Below are positions 1 through 12,023 of a stretch of 64,000 nt of DNA, piece after piece. The stretch lies in the NCBI RefSeq assembly GCF_056712565.1, contig NZ_CM160072.1; one strand, given 5' to 3'. Position numbers and translations under genes: made by a program. Below the pieces are notes generated by a model. It ran no database searches and had not been told where the DNA came from. It worked only from the letters and a program-made list of their open reading frames with translations. Positions within the stretch are counted from its first letter, which is position 1. Each line of letters starts with the position of its first letter.

Positions 1-701
1 CGGTCAAGTTCGAGGATCCAGCCCGCAACGTTATCGAGGAAGTAACGGTCGTGGGTAATCGCCACCACGGTGCCTTCGAAGTCGTGCAGGAAGCGTTCCA
101 GCCACGCTACGGATTCCGCATCCAGGTGGTTGGTCGGTTCGTCGAGCAGCAGCATGTCTGGTTTTTCCAGCAGCAGGCGGCACAACGCCACGCGACGACG
201 CTCACCACCGGAAAGGTTAGCGATTTTCGCGTCCCAGTCCGGCAGACGCAGCGCATCCGCCGCACGCTCCAGCTGAACGTTCAGGTTGTGACCGTCGTGA
301 GCCTGAATGATCTCTTCCAGACGGCCTTGTTCAGCGGCCAGCTTGTCAAAATCGGCATCCGGATCGGCATACAGCGCATACACTTCATCCAGGCGTTTCA
401 GGGCGTTAACCACTTCAGAAACCGCTTCTTCAATGGACTCACGAACGGTGTGTTCCGGGTTCAGCTGCGGTTCCTGCGGCAGATAACCAATCTTGATGTC
501 TGGCTGCGGACGTGCTTCACCTTCGATGTCTTTATCAATGCCCGCCATAATGCGCAGCAGGGTGGACTTACCCGCGCCGTTCAGACCCAGGACACCAATT
601 TTTGCCCCAGGGAAGAAACTCAGAGAGATGTTTTTCAAAATATGACGTTTCGGCGGAACAACTTTGCCGACACGATGCATGGTATAAACGAATTGAGCCA
701 C
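1..701 (-). CDS. ettA: Energy-dependent translational throttle protein EttA (ABC-F ATPase), N-terminal ~233 codons; the 3' end lies beyond the window start
   Basis: Reverse complement of 608-701 reads VAQFVYTMHRVGKVVPPKRHILKNISLSFFPGAKIGVLG, the EttA N-terminus as recalled; frame stays open to position 1. Start taken as GTG (complement of 699-701). Confidence 0.9.
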   Translation of the reverse strand, partial: MAQFVYTMHRVGKVVPPKRHILKNISLSFFPGAKIGVLGLNGAGKSTLLRIMAGIDKDIEGEARPQPDIKIGYLPQEPQLNPEHTVRESIEEAVSEVVNALKRLDEVYALYADPDADFDKLAAEQGRLEEIIQAHDGHNLNVQLERAADALRLPDWDAKIANLSGGERRRVALCRLLLEKPDMLLLDEPTNHLDAESVAWLERFLHDFEGTVVAITHDRYFLDNVAGWILELD

Positions 702-907
702 GTTGGACTTCGCCTCTATGTTTATCGTGATGATGAGTTTTCAAAGGCGAAGTGTAGCCTGTTTCCCTGTCTAATCCCAGCCAGTCGATCACCCCGTAAA
801 AGTAAAAAAGTGTCCGTAACGTGGCGTAAACGGCAATGACTGGTTAGCATAAATCTATTACGCGGCATGACGCTGCATTGATGTATTGACACTTAGAGGA
901 TGCGCTT

Positions 908-2845
908 GTGGAAAAAGCCAAACACGTTACCTGGCGGCTGTTGGCTGTCGGTGTCTGTCTGCTGACGGTCAGCAGCGTGGCGCGAGCCGACTCACTGGAT
1001 GAGCAGCGTAGTCGTTACGCGCAAATCAAGCAGGCCTGGGATAATCGACAAATGGATGTGGTCGAACAAATGATGCCTGGACTGAAAGATTACCCACTTT
1101 ATCCCTACCTGGAATACCGCCAGATCACTGATGACCTGATGAATCAACCGGCGGTGACGGTCACTAACTTTGTTCGCGCTAACCCCACGCTTCCTCCCGC
1201 TCGCACGCTGCAATCTCGTTTCGTCAATGAACTGGCGCGGCGTGAAGACTGGCGTGGCTTGTTAGCCTTTAGCCCGGAAAAGCCCGGAACTACCGAAGCG
1301 CAATGTAATTACTACTATGCGAAATGGAACACCGGGCAGAGTGAAGAAGCCTGGCAAGGGGCGAAAGAGCTGTGGCTAACCGGCAAGAGCCAGCCTAACG
1401 CCTGTGACAAGTTATTTAGCGTCTGGCGTGCGTCAGGTAAACAAGATCCGCTGGCGTATTTAGAGCGTATCCGTCTGGCGATGAAAGCGGGTAACACCGG
1501 CCTGGTAACAGTGCTGGCAGGGCAGATGCCTGCCGATTACCAGACTATCGCTTCGGCAATCATTTCACTGGCGAACAACCCTAATACGGTACTGACCTTC
1601 GCGCGTACAACCGGCGCGACCGATTTTACCCGTCAAATGGCGGCGGTGGCGTTTGCCAGTGTGGCGCGGCAGGATGCTGAAAATGCACGGCTGATGATCC
1701 CGTCGCTTGCTCAGGCACAGCAGCTTAATGAAGATCAGATTCAGGAGCTGCGCGATATTGTCGCATGGCGTTTGATGGGCAACGATGTCACCGACGAGCA
1801 GGCGAAATGGCGCGATGACGCGATTATGCGTTCGCAATCTACTTCGCTTATTGAACGCCGTGTGCGAATGGCGCTTGGCACCGGCGATCGTCGCGGCCTG
1901 AATACCTGGCTGGCGCGTCTGCCTATGGAAGCGAAAGAGAAAGATGAATGGCGTTACTGGCAGGCGGATTTATTGCTGGAACGCGGACGTGAAGCTGAAG
2001 CAAAAGAGATTTTGCATCAACTCATGCAACAGCGTGGTTTCTACCCGATGGTTGCTGCACAACGCATCGGCGAAGAGTATGAGCTGAAGATTGATAAAGC
2101 GCCGCAGAATGTTGACAGCGCCCTGACTCAGGGGCCGGAGATGGCGCGCGTGCGCGAGTTGATGTACTGGAATCTCGATAACACCGCGCGTAGCGAGTGG
2201 GCCAATCTGGTGAAGAGCAAGTCAAAAACAGAGCAGGCTCAACTGGCTCGGTATGCTTTCAATAACCAATGGTGGGATCTTAGCGTTCAGGCAACGATCG
2301 CCGGGAAGCTGTGGGATCATCTGGAAGAGCGATTCCCGCTGGCTTACAACGATCTTTTCAAACGCTACACCAGTGGTAAGGAGATCCCGCAAAGCTATGC
2401 GATGGCGATTGCCCGTCAGGAGAGTGCCTGGAATCCGAAAGTGAAATCACCGGTAGGGGCCAGCGGCCTGATGCAGATTATGCCTGGTACCGCGACCCAT
2501 ACGGTGAAGATGTTCTCTATTCCCGGTTATAGCAGCCCTGGGCAATTGCTGGATCCGGAAACAAACATCAACATTGGCACCAGTTACCTGCAATATGTTT
2601 ATCAGCAGTTTGGCAATAACCGTATTTTCTCCTCAGCAGCTTATAACGCCGGGCCAGGGCGGGTGCGAACCTGGCTTGGCAACAGCGCAGGGCGTATCGA
2701 CGCAGTGGCATTTGTCGAGAGTATTCCATTCTCCGAGACGCGCGGTTATGTGAAAAACGTGCTGGCTTATGACGCTTACTACCGCTATTTCATGGGGGAT
2801 AAACCGACGTTGATGAGCGCCACGGAATGGGGACGTCGTTACTGA
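908..2845 (+). CDS. slt: Soluble lytic murein transglycosylase Slt70
   Basis: 645-aa ORF with GTG start, signal-peptide-like N-terminus and C-terminal lysozyme-like motifs (ESAWNP, GLMQIMPGTA, AYNAGPGRV); matches Slt from memory. Confidence 0.95.
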   Translation: MEKAKHVTWRLLAVGVCLLTVSSVARADSLDEQRSRYAQIKQAWDNRQMDVVEQMMPGLKDYPLYPYLEYRQITDDLMNQPAVTVTNFVRANPTLPPARTLQSRFVNELARREDWRGLLAFSPEKPGTTEAQCNYYYAKWNTGQSEEAWQGAKELWLTGKSQPNACDKLFSVWRASGKQDPLAYLERIRLAMKAGNTGLVTVLAGQMPADYQTIASAIISLANNPNTVLTFARTTGATDFTRQMAAVAFASVARQDAENARLMIPSLAQAQQLNEDQIQELRDIVAWRLMGNDVTDEQAKWRDDAIMRSQSTSLIERRVRMALGTGDRRGLNTWLARLPMEAKEKDEWRYWQADLLLERGREAEAKEILHQLMQQRGFYPMVAAQRIGEEYELKIDKAPQNVDSALTQGPEMARVRELMYWNLDNTARSEWANLVKSKSKTEQAQLARYAFNNQWWDLSVQATIAGKLWDHLEERFPLAYNDLFKRYTSGKEIPQSYAMAIARQESAWNPKVKSPVGASGLMQIMPGTATHTVKMFSIPGYSSPGQLLDPETNINIGTSYLQYVYQQFGNNRIFSSAAYNAGPGRVRTWLGNSAGRIDAVAFVESIPFSETRGYVKNVLAYDAYYRYFMGDKPTLMSATEWGRRY

Positions 2846-2866
2846 TCCACACGTTTATGATATGCT

Positions 2867-2890
2867 ATCGTACTCTTTAGCGAGTACAAC
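2867..2890 (+). promoter_or_regulatory. Trp repressor operator (trpR autoregulation) overlapping the trpR promoter
   Basis: Inverted repeat GTACTC-tttagc-GAGTAC about 45 bp upstream of trpR, resembling the TrpR operator half-sites. Confidence 0.65.
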
Positions 2891-2919
2891 CGGGGGAGGC
2901 ATTTTGCTTCCCCCGCTAA

Positions 2920-3261
<342 letters not shown>

Positions 3262-3265
3262 TTTT

Positions 3266-3873
<608 letters not shown>

Positions 3874-3912
3874 TCAGAAAATTAACGTTACAGCAGTATA
3901 CGGAAAAAAAGC

Positions 3913-4560
3913 ATGTTACAGGTATACCTAGTCCGCCACGGTGAAACGCAGTGGAACGCCGAGCGACGTATTCAGGGCCAGTCTGACAGCCCGCTGACCG
4001 CCAAAGGTGAGCAACAGGCGATGCAGGTGGCAACCCGTGCCAAAGAGCTTGGCATTACGCATATCATCAGTAGCGATTTAGGACGGACCCGGCGCACGGC
4101 GGAAATCATCGCCCAGGCCTGCGGCTGTGACATCATCTTTGATTCTCGCCTGCGTGAATTAAATATGGGTGTACTGGAAACAAGAAATATCGATTCACTC
4201 ACCGAAGAAGAAGAGAACTGGCGTCGGCAGCTGGTCAATGGCACCGTTGACGGGCGTATTCCTGAAGGCGAGTCAATGCAGGAGCTCAGCGATCGCGTTA
4301 ATGCGGCACTGGAATCTTGCCGGGACTTACCGCAGGGAAGCCGACCGCTACTGGTGAGCCATGGTATTGCACTGGGATGCCTGGTGAGTACGATTCTCGG
4401 ATTACCAGCATGGGCAGAGCGCCGCTTACGTCTGCGTAACTGTTCTATTTCGCGCGTGGATTATCAGGAAAGCTTGTGGCTGGCGTCTGGCTGGGTGGTT
4501 GAAACCGCAGGGGACATCTCGCATCTGGACGCCCCTGCATTAGATGAGCTGCAGCGTTAA
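3913..4560 (+). CDS. gpmB: Probable phosphoglycerate mutase GpmB (histidine phosphatase family)
   Basis: 215-aa ORF MLQVYLVRHGETQWNAERRIQG... carrying the RHGE catalytic motif; matches GpmB/YtjC. Confidence 0.92.
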   Translation: MLQVYLVRHGETQWNAERRIQGQSDSPLTAKGEQQAMQVATRAKELGITHIISSDLGRTRRTAEIIAQACGCDIIFDSRLRELNMGVLETRNIDSLTEEEENWRRQLVNGTVDGRIPEGESMQELSDRVNAALESCRDLPQGSRPLLVSHGIALGCLVSTILGLPAWAERRLRLRNCSISRVDYQESLWLASGWVVETAGDISHLDAPALDELQR

Positions 4561-5426
4561 CGACGGATCGGAATCAGCAGTTCACAGCGCAGATTAATTG
4601 GGCGATCTCCCGCTTTGGCATCTTCTGCCGGGTAGTATCGCTCAATATCCTGACCTTTACGGCGCGTCAAGTTAAGCATTGGCATGCACGTTCCGTATAC
4701 CGTCAGGATAAACTCCTGCACGCCGGTTCCCAGACCTTCATAGGTAAACATCACATATTCGCCGCCCTGCAACATCACCGGATGCCCAGTCAGTACATAG
4801 CCATCTGCCTGATCCTGAGCTAACGCGGTGGTGTAGAACACCTCTTGTTCGTCGTCTTTATCCTGGCTCGGACGTGTTTCGTTCAAACCGTAAAGCACTG
4901 GTGGAATGGTTGGCGAGTTGCCGAGAAAATCGTGCCAGAACTGGTAGCGCATTTCATGGCGGAAATCAGAGATTTGCTCCAGCGAACAGGAGTAGCTCTG
5001 GGTAACACCAATCAGCGGCGTATCTTCCAGGGTGACAAATTTGTGCTCTGGCATAGTGAATTCACCCAGACGCAGCGGCGGGCGAATACCAAAGGCGCTC
5101 CATTCAGGAGAACGGCGGTAAAGTGCAGGAGTCTGGGCAAACTGCTTCTTGAAAGCGCGGGTAAATGTCTGTTGAGAGTCGAAGCGGTATTGCAGCGCGA
5201 TGTCCAGAATCGGACGCGCAGTCAGGCGTAGTGCGACCGCCGATTTCGACAAACGACGAGCACGAATATACGCGCCAATAGCATGGCCAGTGACATCTTT
5301 AAACATTCTCTGTAAGTGCCACTTGGAATAACCTGCTTTCGCCGCTACATTGTCGAGCGACAGGGGATGATCCAGATGACCTTCCAGCCAGATTAAAAGG
5401 TCGCGAATAATGCCGGCCTGATCCAT
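4557..5426 (-). CDS. rob: Right-origin-binding protein Rob (AraC/XylS family regulator)
   Basis: 289-aa ORF MDQAGIIRDLLIWLEGHLD... with N-terminal AraC-type HTH; matches Rob. Confidence 0.95.
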   Translation of the reverse strand: MDQAGIIRDLLIWLEGHLDHPLSLDNVAAKAGYSKWHLQRMFKDVTGHAIGAYIRARRLSKSAVALRLTARPILDIALQYRFDSQQTFTRAFKKQFAQTPALYRRSPEWSAFGIRPPLRLGEFTMPEHKFVTLEDTPLIGVTQSYSCSLEQISDFRHEMRYQFWHDFLGNSPTIPPVLYGLNETRPSQDKDDEQEVFYTTALAQDQADGYVLTGHPVMLQGGEYVMFTYEGLGTGVQEFILTVYGTCMPMLNLTRRKGQDIERYYPAEDAKAGDRPINLRCELLIPIRR

Positions 5427-5636
5427 AAAATATCCTCATCCTTTCAACAACGAGCACCTGACATCAGGTAATTGGATAATAGCATTTTTTGCTGTTTTAG
5501 CATTCAGTGTTTTTTTCTTAGTCGAGTATGTTTTAGGTCTTGACGGAAATAAAAGTATTGAGATTTTGTTCTTAATCAATATGTTATTTACCGTGACGAA
5601 CTAATTGCTCGTGTAATAGATAAAAATGGTAACGAT

Positions 5637-6110
5637 ATGAAATACAAGCATTTAATCCTGTCTTTAAGCCTGATAATGCTGGGGCCATTGGCTCATGCAG
5701 AAGAGATTGGTTCGGTCGACACCGTATTTAAAATGATCGGCCCGGATCACAAAATTGTTGTTGAAGCCTTTGACGATCCCGATGTGAAAAATGTCACCTG
5801 TTATGTGAGCCGGGCGAAAACCGGTGGTATTAAAGGGGGATTGGGCCTGGCAGAAGATACCTCCGATGCGGCCATTTCTTGTCAACAAGTCGGGCCGATT
5901 GAATTGTCGGATCGTATTAAAAACGGCAAAGCTCAGGGCGAGGTAGTATTCAAAAAACGCACGTCCCTGGTCTTTAAGTCGTTACAGGTCGTGCGCTTTT
6001 ATGACGCTAAACGCAACGCGCTCGCTTATCTGGCTTACTCCGACAAAGTTGTAGAAGGTTCGCCGAAAAACGCGATTAGCGCGGTTCCTGTCATGCCGTG
6101 GCGGCAATAA
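5637..6110 (+). CDS. creA: Periplasmic protein CreA
   Basis: 157-aa ORF with signal peptide ([21 protein letters not shown]); first gene of the creABCD cluster by position and sequence. Confidence 0.9.
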
Positions 6111-6122
6111 CAGAGGCGATTT

Positions 6123-6812
6123 ATGCAACGGGAAACGGTCTGGTTAGTCGAAGACGAGCAAGGGATAGCCGATACGCTGGTCTACATGTTGCAACAGGAA
6201 GGTTTTGACGTCGAGGTCTTTGAGCGAGGCTTGCCAGTGCTGGATAAAGCTCGCCAGCAGGTTCCCGATGTCATGATTCTCGATGTTGGTTTGCCTGATA
6301 TCAGCGGCTTTGAATTGTGCCGCCAGTTACTGGCGCTCCATCCGGCGTTACCTGTACTGTTCCTGACGGCCCGAAGTGAAGAGGTCGATCGCCTGCTTGG
6401 GCTGGAAATTGGCGCTGACGACTACGTGGCTAAACCGTTTTCACCTCGCGAAGTGTGCGCCAGAGTGCGCACCTTACTGCGTCGGGTGAAGAAGTTCTCG
6501 ACTCCGTCTCCCGTTATCCGTATTGGTCATTTTGAATTGAATGAACCTGCGGCGCAGATCAGCTGGTTTGACACGCCATTAACGCTGACGCGGTATGAGT
6601 TTTTATTGCTGAAGACGTTACTCAAGTCGCCGGGCCGCGTCTGGTCCCGCCAGCAACTGATGGATAGCGTGTGGGAAGATGCGCAGGACACCTACGATCG
6701 CACCGTCGATACCCACATTAAAACGCTGCGTGCCAAGCTGCGCGCCATCAACCCCGATCTTTCACCGATTAATACTCATCGCGGCATGGGATATAGCCTG
6801 AGGGGCCTGTAA
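6123..6812 (+). CDS. creB: Two-component response regulator CreB (OmpR family)
   Basis: 229-aa ORF with receiver domain (VEDEQGIADTL..., DVGLPDISG) and winged-helix C-terminus. Confidence 0.95.
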   Translation: MQRETVWLVEDEQGIADTLVYMLQQEGFDVEVFERGLPVLDKARQQVPDVMILDVGLPDISGFELCRQLLALHPALPVLFLTARSEEVDRLLGLEIGADDYVAKPFSPREVCARVRTLLRRVKKFSTPSPVIRIGHFELNEPAAQISWFDTPLTLTRYEFLLLKTLLKSPGRVWSRQQLMDSVWEDAQDTYDRTVDTHIKTLRAKLRAINPDLSPINTHRGMGYSLRGL

Positions 6813-8236
6813 TGCGTATCGGCATGCGGTTGTTGCTGGGCTATTTTTTACTGGTGGCGGTGGCGGCCTGGTTCGTACTGGCTATTTTTGTCAAAGAAGT
6901 TAAACCGGGCGTGCGAAGAGCAACCGAGGGGACGTTAATCGACACCGCAACGTTGCTGGCGGAGCTGGCGCGTCCCGATTTGCTCTCTGGGGACCCAACG
7001 CATGGGCAACTGGCGCAGGCGTTTAATCAGCTACAACATCGCCCGTTTCGCGCCAATATCGGTGGCATTAACAAAGTGCGCAACGAATATCATGTCTATA
7101 TGACCGATGCGCAGGGCAAAGTATTGTTCGATTCGGCAAATAAAGCCGTTGGACAGGATTATTCGCGCTGGAATGACGTCTGGCTAACGTTGCGTGGTCA
7201 GTATGGTGCGCGCAGCACGTTGCAAAATCCTGCCGATCCCGAAAGTTCTGTGATGTATGTTGCCGCGCCGATTATGGACGGCTCGCGGCTTATTGGCGTT
7301 TTGAGCGTAGGCAAACCGAACGCGGCGATGGCTCCGGTCATTAAGCGTAGCGAGCGGCGAATTTTATGGGCCAGCGCCATTTTGTTGGGGATTGCACTGG
7401 TGATTGGCGCAGGCATGGTTTGGTGGATCAACCGCTCTATTGCCAGGCTCACTCGCTATGCTGATTCCGTCACTGACAATAAGCCCGTTCCTCTCCCCGA
7501 TCTCGGTAGTAGCGAGTTGCGTAAACTCGCGCAGGCGCTGGAAAGTATGCGCGTGAAGCTGGAAGGGAAAAACTATATTGAGCAGTATGTTTATGCGTTA
7601 ACTCATGAGCTAAAAAGCCCACTGGCGGCGATTCGTGGCGCGGCGGAAATTTTACGCGAAGGTCCGCCGCCGGAAGTGGTGGCTCGTTTTACCGACAACA
7701 TTCTGACGCAAAATGCGCGAATGCAGGCACTGGTGGAAACGTTACTACGCCAGGCAAGACTGGAGAATCGTCAGGAAGTCGTTCTGACTGCTGTTGATGT
7801 GGCGGCATTATTTCGCCGCGTCAGCGAAGCGCGCACCGTGCAGTTGGCAGAAAAAAACATCACTTTGCATGTTATGCCTACTGAGGTTAACGTTGCTTCT
7901 GAACCGGCGTTACTGGAGCAGGCGCTGGGGAATTTACTGGATAACGCCATCGATTTTACTCCCGAGAGCGGTTGCATAACGCTAAGCGCCGAAGTGGATC
8001 AGGAATACGTCACCCTTAAGGTGCTGGATACCGGTAGTGGGATTCCTGACTACGCGCTGTCACGTATTTTTGAACGCTTTTACTCTTTGCCGCGTGCAAA
8101 TGGGCAAAAAAGCAGCGGTCTGGGGTTGGCGTTTGTCAGTGAGGTCGCCCGTTTGTTTAACGGCGAAGTCACGCTGCGCAACGTGCAGGAAGGTGGCGTG
8201 CTGGCCTCGCTTCGACTTCACCGTCACTTCACATAG
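6812..8236 (+). CDS. creC: Sensor histidine kinase CreC
   Basis: 474-aa ORF with two TM segments, H-box (LTHELKSPLAAIRG) and ATPase motifs (DNAIDF, DTGSGIP, GLGLAFV); start overlaps creB stop. Confidence 0.95.
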   Translation: MRIGMRLLLGYFLLVAVAAWFVLAIFVKEVKPGVRRATEGTLIDTATLLAELARPDLLSGDPTHGQLAQAFNQLQHRPFRANIGGINKVRNEYHVYMTDAQGKVLFDSANKAVGQDYSRWNDVWLTLRGQYGARSTLQNPADPESSVMYVAAPIMDGSRLIGVLSVGKPNAAMAPVIKRSERRILWASAILLGIALVIGAGMVWWINRSIARLTRYADSVTDNKPVPLPDLGSSELRKLAQALESMRVKLEGKNYIEQYVYALTHELKSPLAAIRGAAEILREGPPPEVVARFTDNILTQNARMQALVETLLRQARLENRQEVVLTAVDVAALFRRVSEARTVQLAEKNITLHVMPTEVNVASEPALLEQALGNLLDNAIDFTPESGCITLSAEVDQEYVTLKVLDTGSGIPDYALSRIFERFYSLPRANGQKSSGLGLAFVSEVARLFNGEVTLRNVQEGGVLASLRLHRHFT

Positions 8237-8293
8237 CTTCAAATTCTTCCCACATAGCCTTCGTATCCTGCTGTCATTGCAAAGGAGAAGACT

Positions 8294-9646
8294 ATGTTGA
8301 AATCCCCCCTGTTCTGGAAAATGACCACCTTGTTTGGTGCAGTATTGCTGTTGTTGATTCCGATAATGCTGATTCGGCAGGTGATTGTCGAACGTGCCGA
8401 TTACCGTAGCGATGTGGAAGATGTGATTCGCCAAAGTACCAGCGGGCCGCAAAAACTCGTTGGGCCGCTCATCGCTATTCCTGTGACCGAGCTTTATACG
8501 GTGCAGGAAGACGATAAAACCGTGGAGCGGAAACGAAGTTTTATTCATTTTTGGTTACCTGAGTCATTGATGGTTGATGGCAATCAGAATGTGGAAGAAC
8601 GCAAGATAGGCATCTATACCGGTCAGGTCTGGCACAGTGATTTAACGCTAAAAGCCGATTTCGATGTTTCGCGTCTTAGCGAACTCGACGCGCCAAATAT
8701 CACCTTAGGCAAGCCATTTATTGTGATTAGCGTCGGGGATGCGCGTGGTATTGGTGTGGTGAAAGCGCCTGAAGTTAACGGTACGGCGCTGACCATTGAA
8801 CCCGGCACCGGGTTAGAGCAAGGCGGGCAGGGCGTGCATATCCCTTTACCCGAAGGGGACTGGCGCAAGCAGAACCTGAAGCTGAATGTGGCGCTGAATT
8901 TAAGCGGTACCGGCGATCTTTCTGTGGTGCCTGGCGGGCGTTATAGCGAAATGACCTTAACCAGCAACTGGCCGCATCCCAGTTTTTTAGGTGATTTTCT
9001 ACCAGCCAAACGGGAAGTTAGCGAGTCAGGTTTTCAGGCGCAATGGCAAAGTAGCTGGTTTGCTAATAATCTCGGTGAGCGTTTTGCTTCAGGCAATGAT
9101 ACCGGCTGGGAAAACTTCCCCGCGTTTAGCGTCGCAGTGACGACGCCAGCCGATCAATACCAATTAACGGACCGGGCGACTAAGTACGCCATTCTGCTGA
9201 TTGCGCTGACTTTTATGGCATTCTTTGTTTTTGAAACGCTCACCGCGCAACGTTTACACCCAATGCAATATTTGCTGGTGGGGCTTTCATTGGTGATGTT
9301 TTATTTGCTCTTGCTGGCGCTTTCTGAACATACCGGTTTTACCGTGGCATGGATAATCGCCAGTCTGATTGGGGCGTTAATGAACGGTATTTATTTGCAG
9401 GCGGTATTGAAAGGCTGGCGTAATAGCATGTTGTTTACCCTCGCGCTGTTGTTGCTGGATGGTGTGATGTGGGGACTGCTCAACTCTGCCGATAGCGCGC
9501 TGTTGTTGGGAACCAGTGTGCTGGTGGTGGCGCTGGCCGGCATGATGTTTGTGACCCGTAATATCGACTGGTATGCGTTTTCACTGCCGAAAATGAAAGC
9601 CAGTAAAGAAGTTACCATGGACGATGAATTACGTATCTGGAAATAA
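8294..9646 (+). CDS. creD: Inner membrane protein CreD
   Basis: 450-aa ORF, multi-pass membrane protein immediately downstream of creC. Confidence 0.9.
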   Translation: MLKSPLFWKMTTLFGAVLLLLIPIMLIRQVIVERADYRSDVEDVIRQSTSGPQKLVGPLIAIPVTELYTVQEDDKTVERKRSFIHFWLPESLMVDGNQNVEERKIGIYTGQVWHSDLTLKADFDVSRLSELDAPNITLGKPFIVISVGDARGIGVVKAPEVNGTALTIEPGTGLEQGGQGVHIPLPEGDWRKQNLKLNVALNLSGTGDLSVVPGGRYSEMTLTSNWPHPSFLGDFLPAKREVSESGFQAQWQSSWFANNLGERFASGNDTGWENFPAFSVAVTTPADQYQLTDRATKYAILLIALTFMAFFVFETLTAQRLHPMQYLLVGLSLVMFYLLLLALSEHTGFTVAWIIASLIGALMNGIYLQAVLKGWRNSMLFTLALLLLDGVMWGLLNSADSALLLGTSVLVVALAGMMFVTRNIDWYAFSLPKMKASKEVTMDDELRIWK

Positions 9647-9659
9647 GGTAGAAAAATAA

Positions 9660-9686
9660 AAACGGCGCTAAAAAGCGCCGTTTTTA
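9660..9686. terminator. Bidirectional rho-independent terminator between convergent creD and arcA
   Basis: AACGGCGCT-aaaa-AGCGCCGTT hairpin flanked by A-run on one side and T-run on the other. Confidence 0.7.
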
Positions 9687-9705
9687 TTGACGGTGGTAAA
9701 GCCGA

Positions 9706-10422
9706 TTAATCTTCCAGATCACCGCAGAAGCGATAACCTTCACCGTGAATGGTGGCGATGATTTCCGGCGTATCCGGCGTAGATTCGAAATGTTTACGAA
9801 TACGGCGGATCGTCACATCTACAGTACGGTCGTGCGGTTTCAGCTCACGGCCGGTCATTTTCTTCAGCAGTTCAGCACGGGACTGAATTTTGCCTGGGTT
9901 TTCACAGAAGTGAAGCATGGCGCGGAACTCGCTGCGCGGCAGCTTGTACTGCTCGCCATCAGGGCCGATCAACGAACGGCTGTTGATGTCCAGTTCCCAA
10001 CCATTGAACTTGTAGCTTTCAACGCTACGACGTTCTTCGCTGACAGTACCCAGATTCATGGTACGGGACAGCAGGTTGCGTGCACGAATAGTCAGTTCAC
10101 GCGGGTTGAACGGTTTGGTGATGTAGTCATCTGCACCGATTTCGAGGCCGAGAATTTTATCGACTTCGTTGTCACGGCCAGTCAGGAACATCAACGCAAC
10201 ATTCGCCTGCTCGCGCAGTTCACGCGCTAACAGAAGACCGTTCTTACCCGGCAGATTGATATCCATGATCACCAGGTTGATGTCATATTCAGAGAGGATC
10301 TGATGCATTTCCGCGCCATCTGTCGCTTCGAAAACATCATAGCCTTCCGCTTCGAAAATACTTTTCAACGTGTTGCGTGTTACCAACTCGTCTTCAACGA
10401 TAAGAATGTGCGGGGTCTGCAT
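9706..10422 (-). CDS. arcA: Aerobic respiration control response regulator ArcA
   Basis: 238-aa [33 protein letters not shown]..., OmpR-family receiver plus winged helix; matches ArcA. Confidence 0.97.
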
Positions 10423-10517
10423 GTTTGCTACCTAAATTGCCAACTAAATCGAAACAGGAAGTACAAAAGTCCCTGACCTGCCTGATGCATGCTGCAAATT
10501 AACATGATCGGCGTAAC

Positions 10518-10658
10518 ATGACTAAAGTACGTAATTGCGTTCTTGATGCACTTTCCATCAACGTCAACAACATCATTAGCTTGGTCGTGGGTACTTTCCC
10601 TCAGGACCCGACAGTGTCAAAAACGGCTGTCATCCTAACCATTTTAACAGCAATATAA
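10518..10658 (+). CDS. yjjY: Small protein YjjY (46 aa)
   Basis: ATG at 10518 opens a 46-codon frame MTKVRNCVLDALSINVNNIISLVVGTFPQDPTVSKTAVILTILTAI, at the expected position between arcA and lasT; below the ORF-track length cutoff. Confidence 0.55.
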   Translation: MTKVRNCVLDALSINVNNIISLVVGTFPQDPTVSKTAVILTILTAI

Positions 10659-11057
10659 CAGGCTAAGAGGGGCAGGACACCCAATAAAACTACGCTTCGT
10701 TGACATATATCAAGTTCAATTGTAGCACGTTAACAGTTTGATGAAATGATCGTATCTAAATGCTAGCTTTCGTCACATTATTTTAATAATCCAACTAGTT
10801 GCTTCATACAACTAATAAACGTGGTGAATCCAATTATCGAGATTTATTTTTTATAAAATTATCCTAAGTAAACAGAAGGATATGTAGCATTTTTTAACAA
10901 TTCAATCGTTAGTACAGTCAGGAAATAGTTTAGCTTTTTTTAAGCTAAGCAAAGGGCTTTTCCTGCGACTTACGTTAAGAATTTGTAAATTCGCAACGCG
11001 TAATAAGTTGACAATGATCACCCTGTTCGCGGTTATTTGGTCAAGAAGAGTGGCAAT

Positions 11058-11744
11058 ATGCGTATAACGATTATTCTGGTTGCACCCGCCAGAGCAGAAA
11101 ATATTGGGGCAGCGGCGCGGGCAATGAAAACGATGGGTTTTAGCGAACTGCGGATTGTTGATAGTCAGGCACACTTGGAGCCAGTCGCCCGTTGGGTCGC
11201 ACATGGATCTGGTGATATTATTGATAATATTAAAGTTTTCAAGACACTAGCTGAATCGTTACACGATGTCGATTTCACTGTTGCCACCACTGCGCGCAGT
11301 CGGGCGAAATATCATTACTACGCTACGCCAGTAGAACTGGTGCCGCTGTTAGAGGAAAAATCTTCATGGATGAGCCATGCCGCTCTGGTGTTTGGTCGCG
11401 AAGATTCCGGGCTGACTAACGAAGAGTTAGCGTTGGCTGACGTTCTTACTGGTGTGCCGATGGTGGCGGATTATCCTTCGCTCAATCTGGGGCAGGCAGT
11501 GATGGTCTATTGCTATCAATTAGCAACATTAATACAACAACCGGCGAAAAGTGACACAACGGCAGACCAACATCAACTGCAAGCTTTACGCGAACGAGCC
11601 ATGACATTGCTGACGACTCTGGCAGTGGCAGATGACATAAAACTGGTCGACTGGTTACAACAACGCCTGGGGCTTTTAGAGCAACGAGACACGGCAATGT
11701 TGCACCGTTTGCTGCATGATATTGAAAAAAATATCACCAAATAA
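11058..11744 (+). CDS. lasT: tRNA/rRNA methyltransferase LasT (SpoU/TrmH family)
   Basis: ORF MRITIILVAPARAENIGAAARAMKTMGF... matches LasT/YjtD; start set at the internal Met rather than the ORF-track start. Confidence 0.85.
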   Translation: MRITIILVAPARAENIGAAARAMKTMGFSELRIVDSQAHLEPVARWVAHGSGDIIDNIKVFKTLAESLHDVDFTVATTARSRAKYHYYATPVELVPLLEEKSSWMSHAALVFGREDSGLTNEELALADVLTGVPMVADYPSLNLGQAVMVYCYQLATLIQQPAKSDTTADQHQLQALRERAMTLLTTLAVADDIKLVDWLQQRLGLLEQRDTAMLHRLLHDIEKNITK

Positions 11745-11878
11745 AAAACGCCTTAGTAAGTGATTTTCAGCTTTTCATTCTGACTGCAACGGGCAATATG
11801 TCTCTGTGTGGATTAAAAAAAGAGTGTCTGATAGCAGCTTCTGAACTGGTTACCTGCCGTGAGTAAATTAAAATTTTA

Positions 11879-11916
11879 TTGACTTAGGTCACTAAATACT
11901 TTAACCAATATAGGCA
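11879..11916 (+). promoter_or_regulatory. thr operon promoter region (approximate -35 TTGACT through transcription start)
   Basis: TTGACT hexamer at 11879-11884 followed by an AT-rich -10 region about 40 bp upstream of thrL; placement by the known thr leader architecture. Confidence 0.45.
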
Positions 11917-11954
11917 TAGCGCACAGACAGATAAAAATTACAGAGTACACAACA

Positions 11955-12023
<69 letters not shown>

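Noticed and set aside
51-839. 262-aa plus-strand ORF at the window start
   Set aside because: It lies antisense to ettA, whose N-terminus is unambiguous on the minus strand; its translation is low-complexity and Arg/Gln/Val-rich, typical of a shadow frame in a GC-rich gene.
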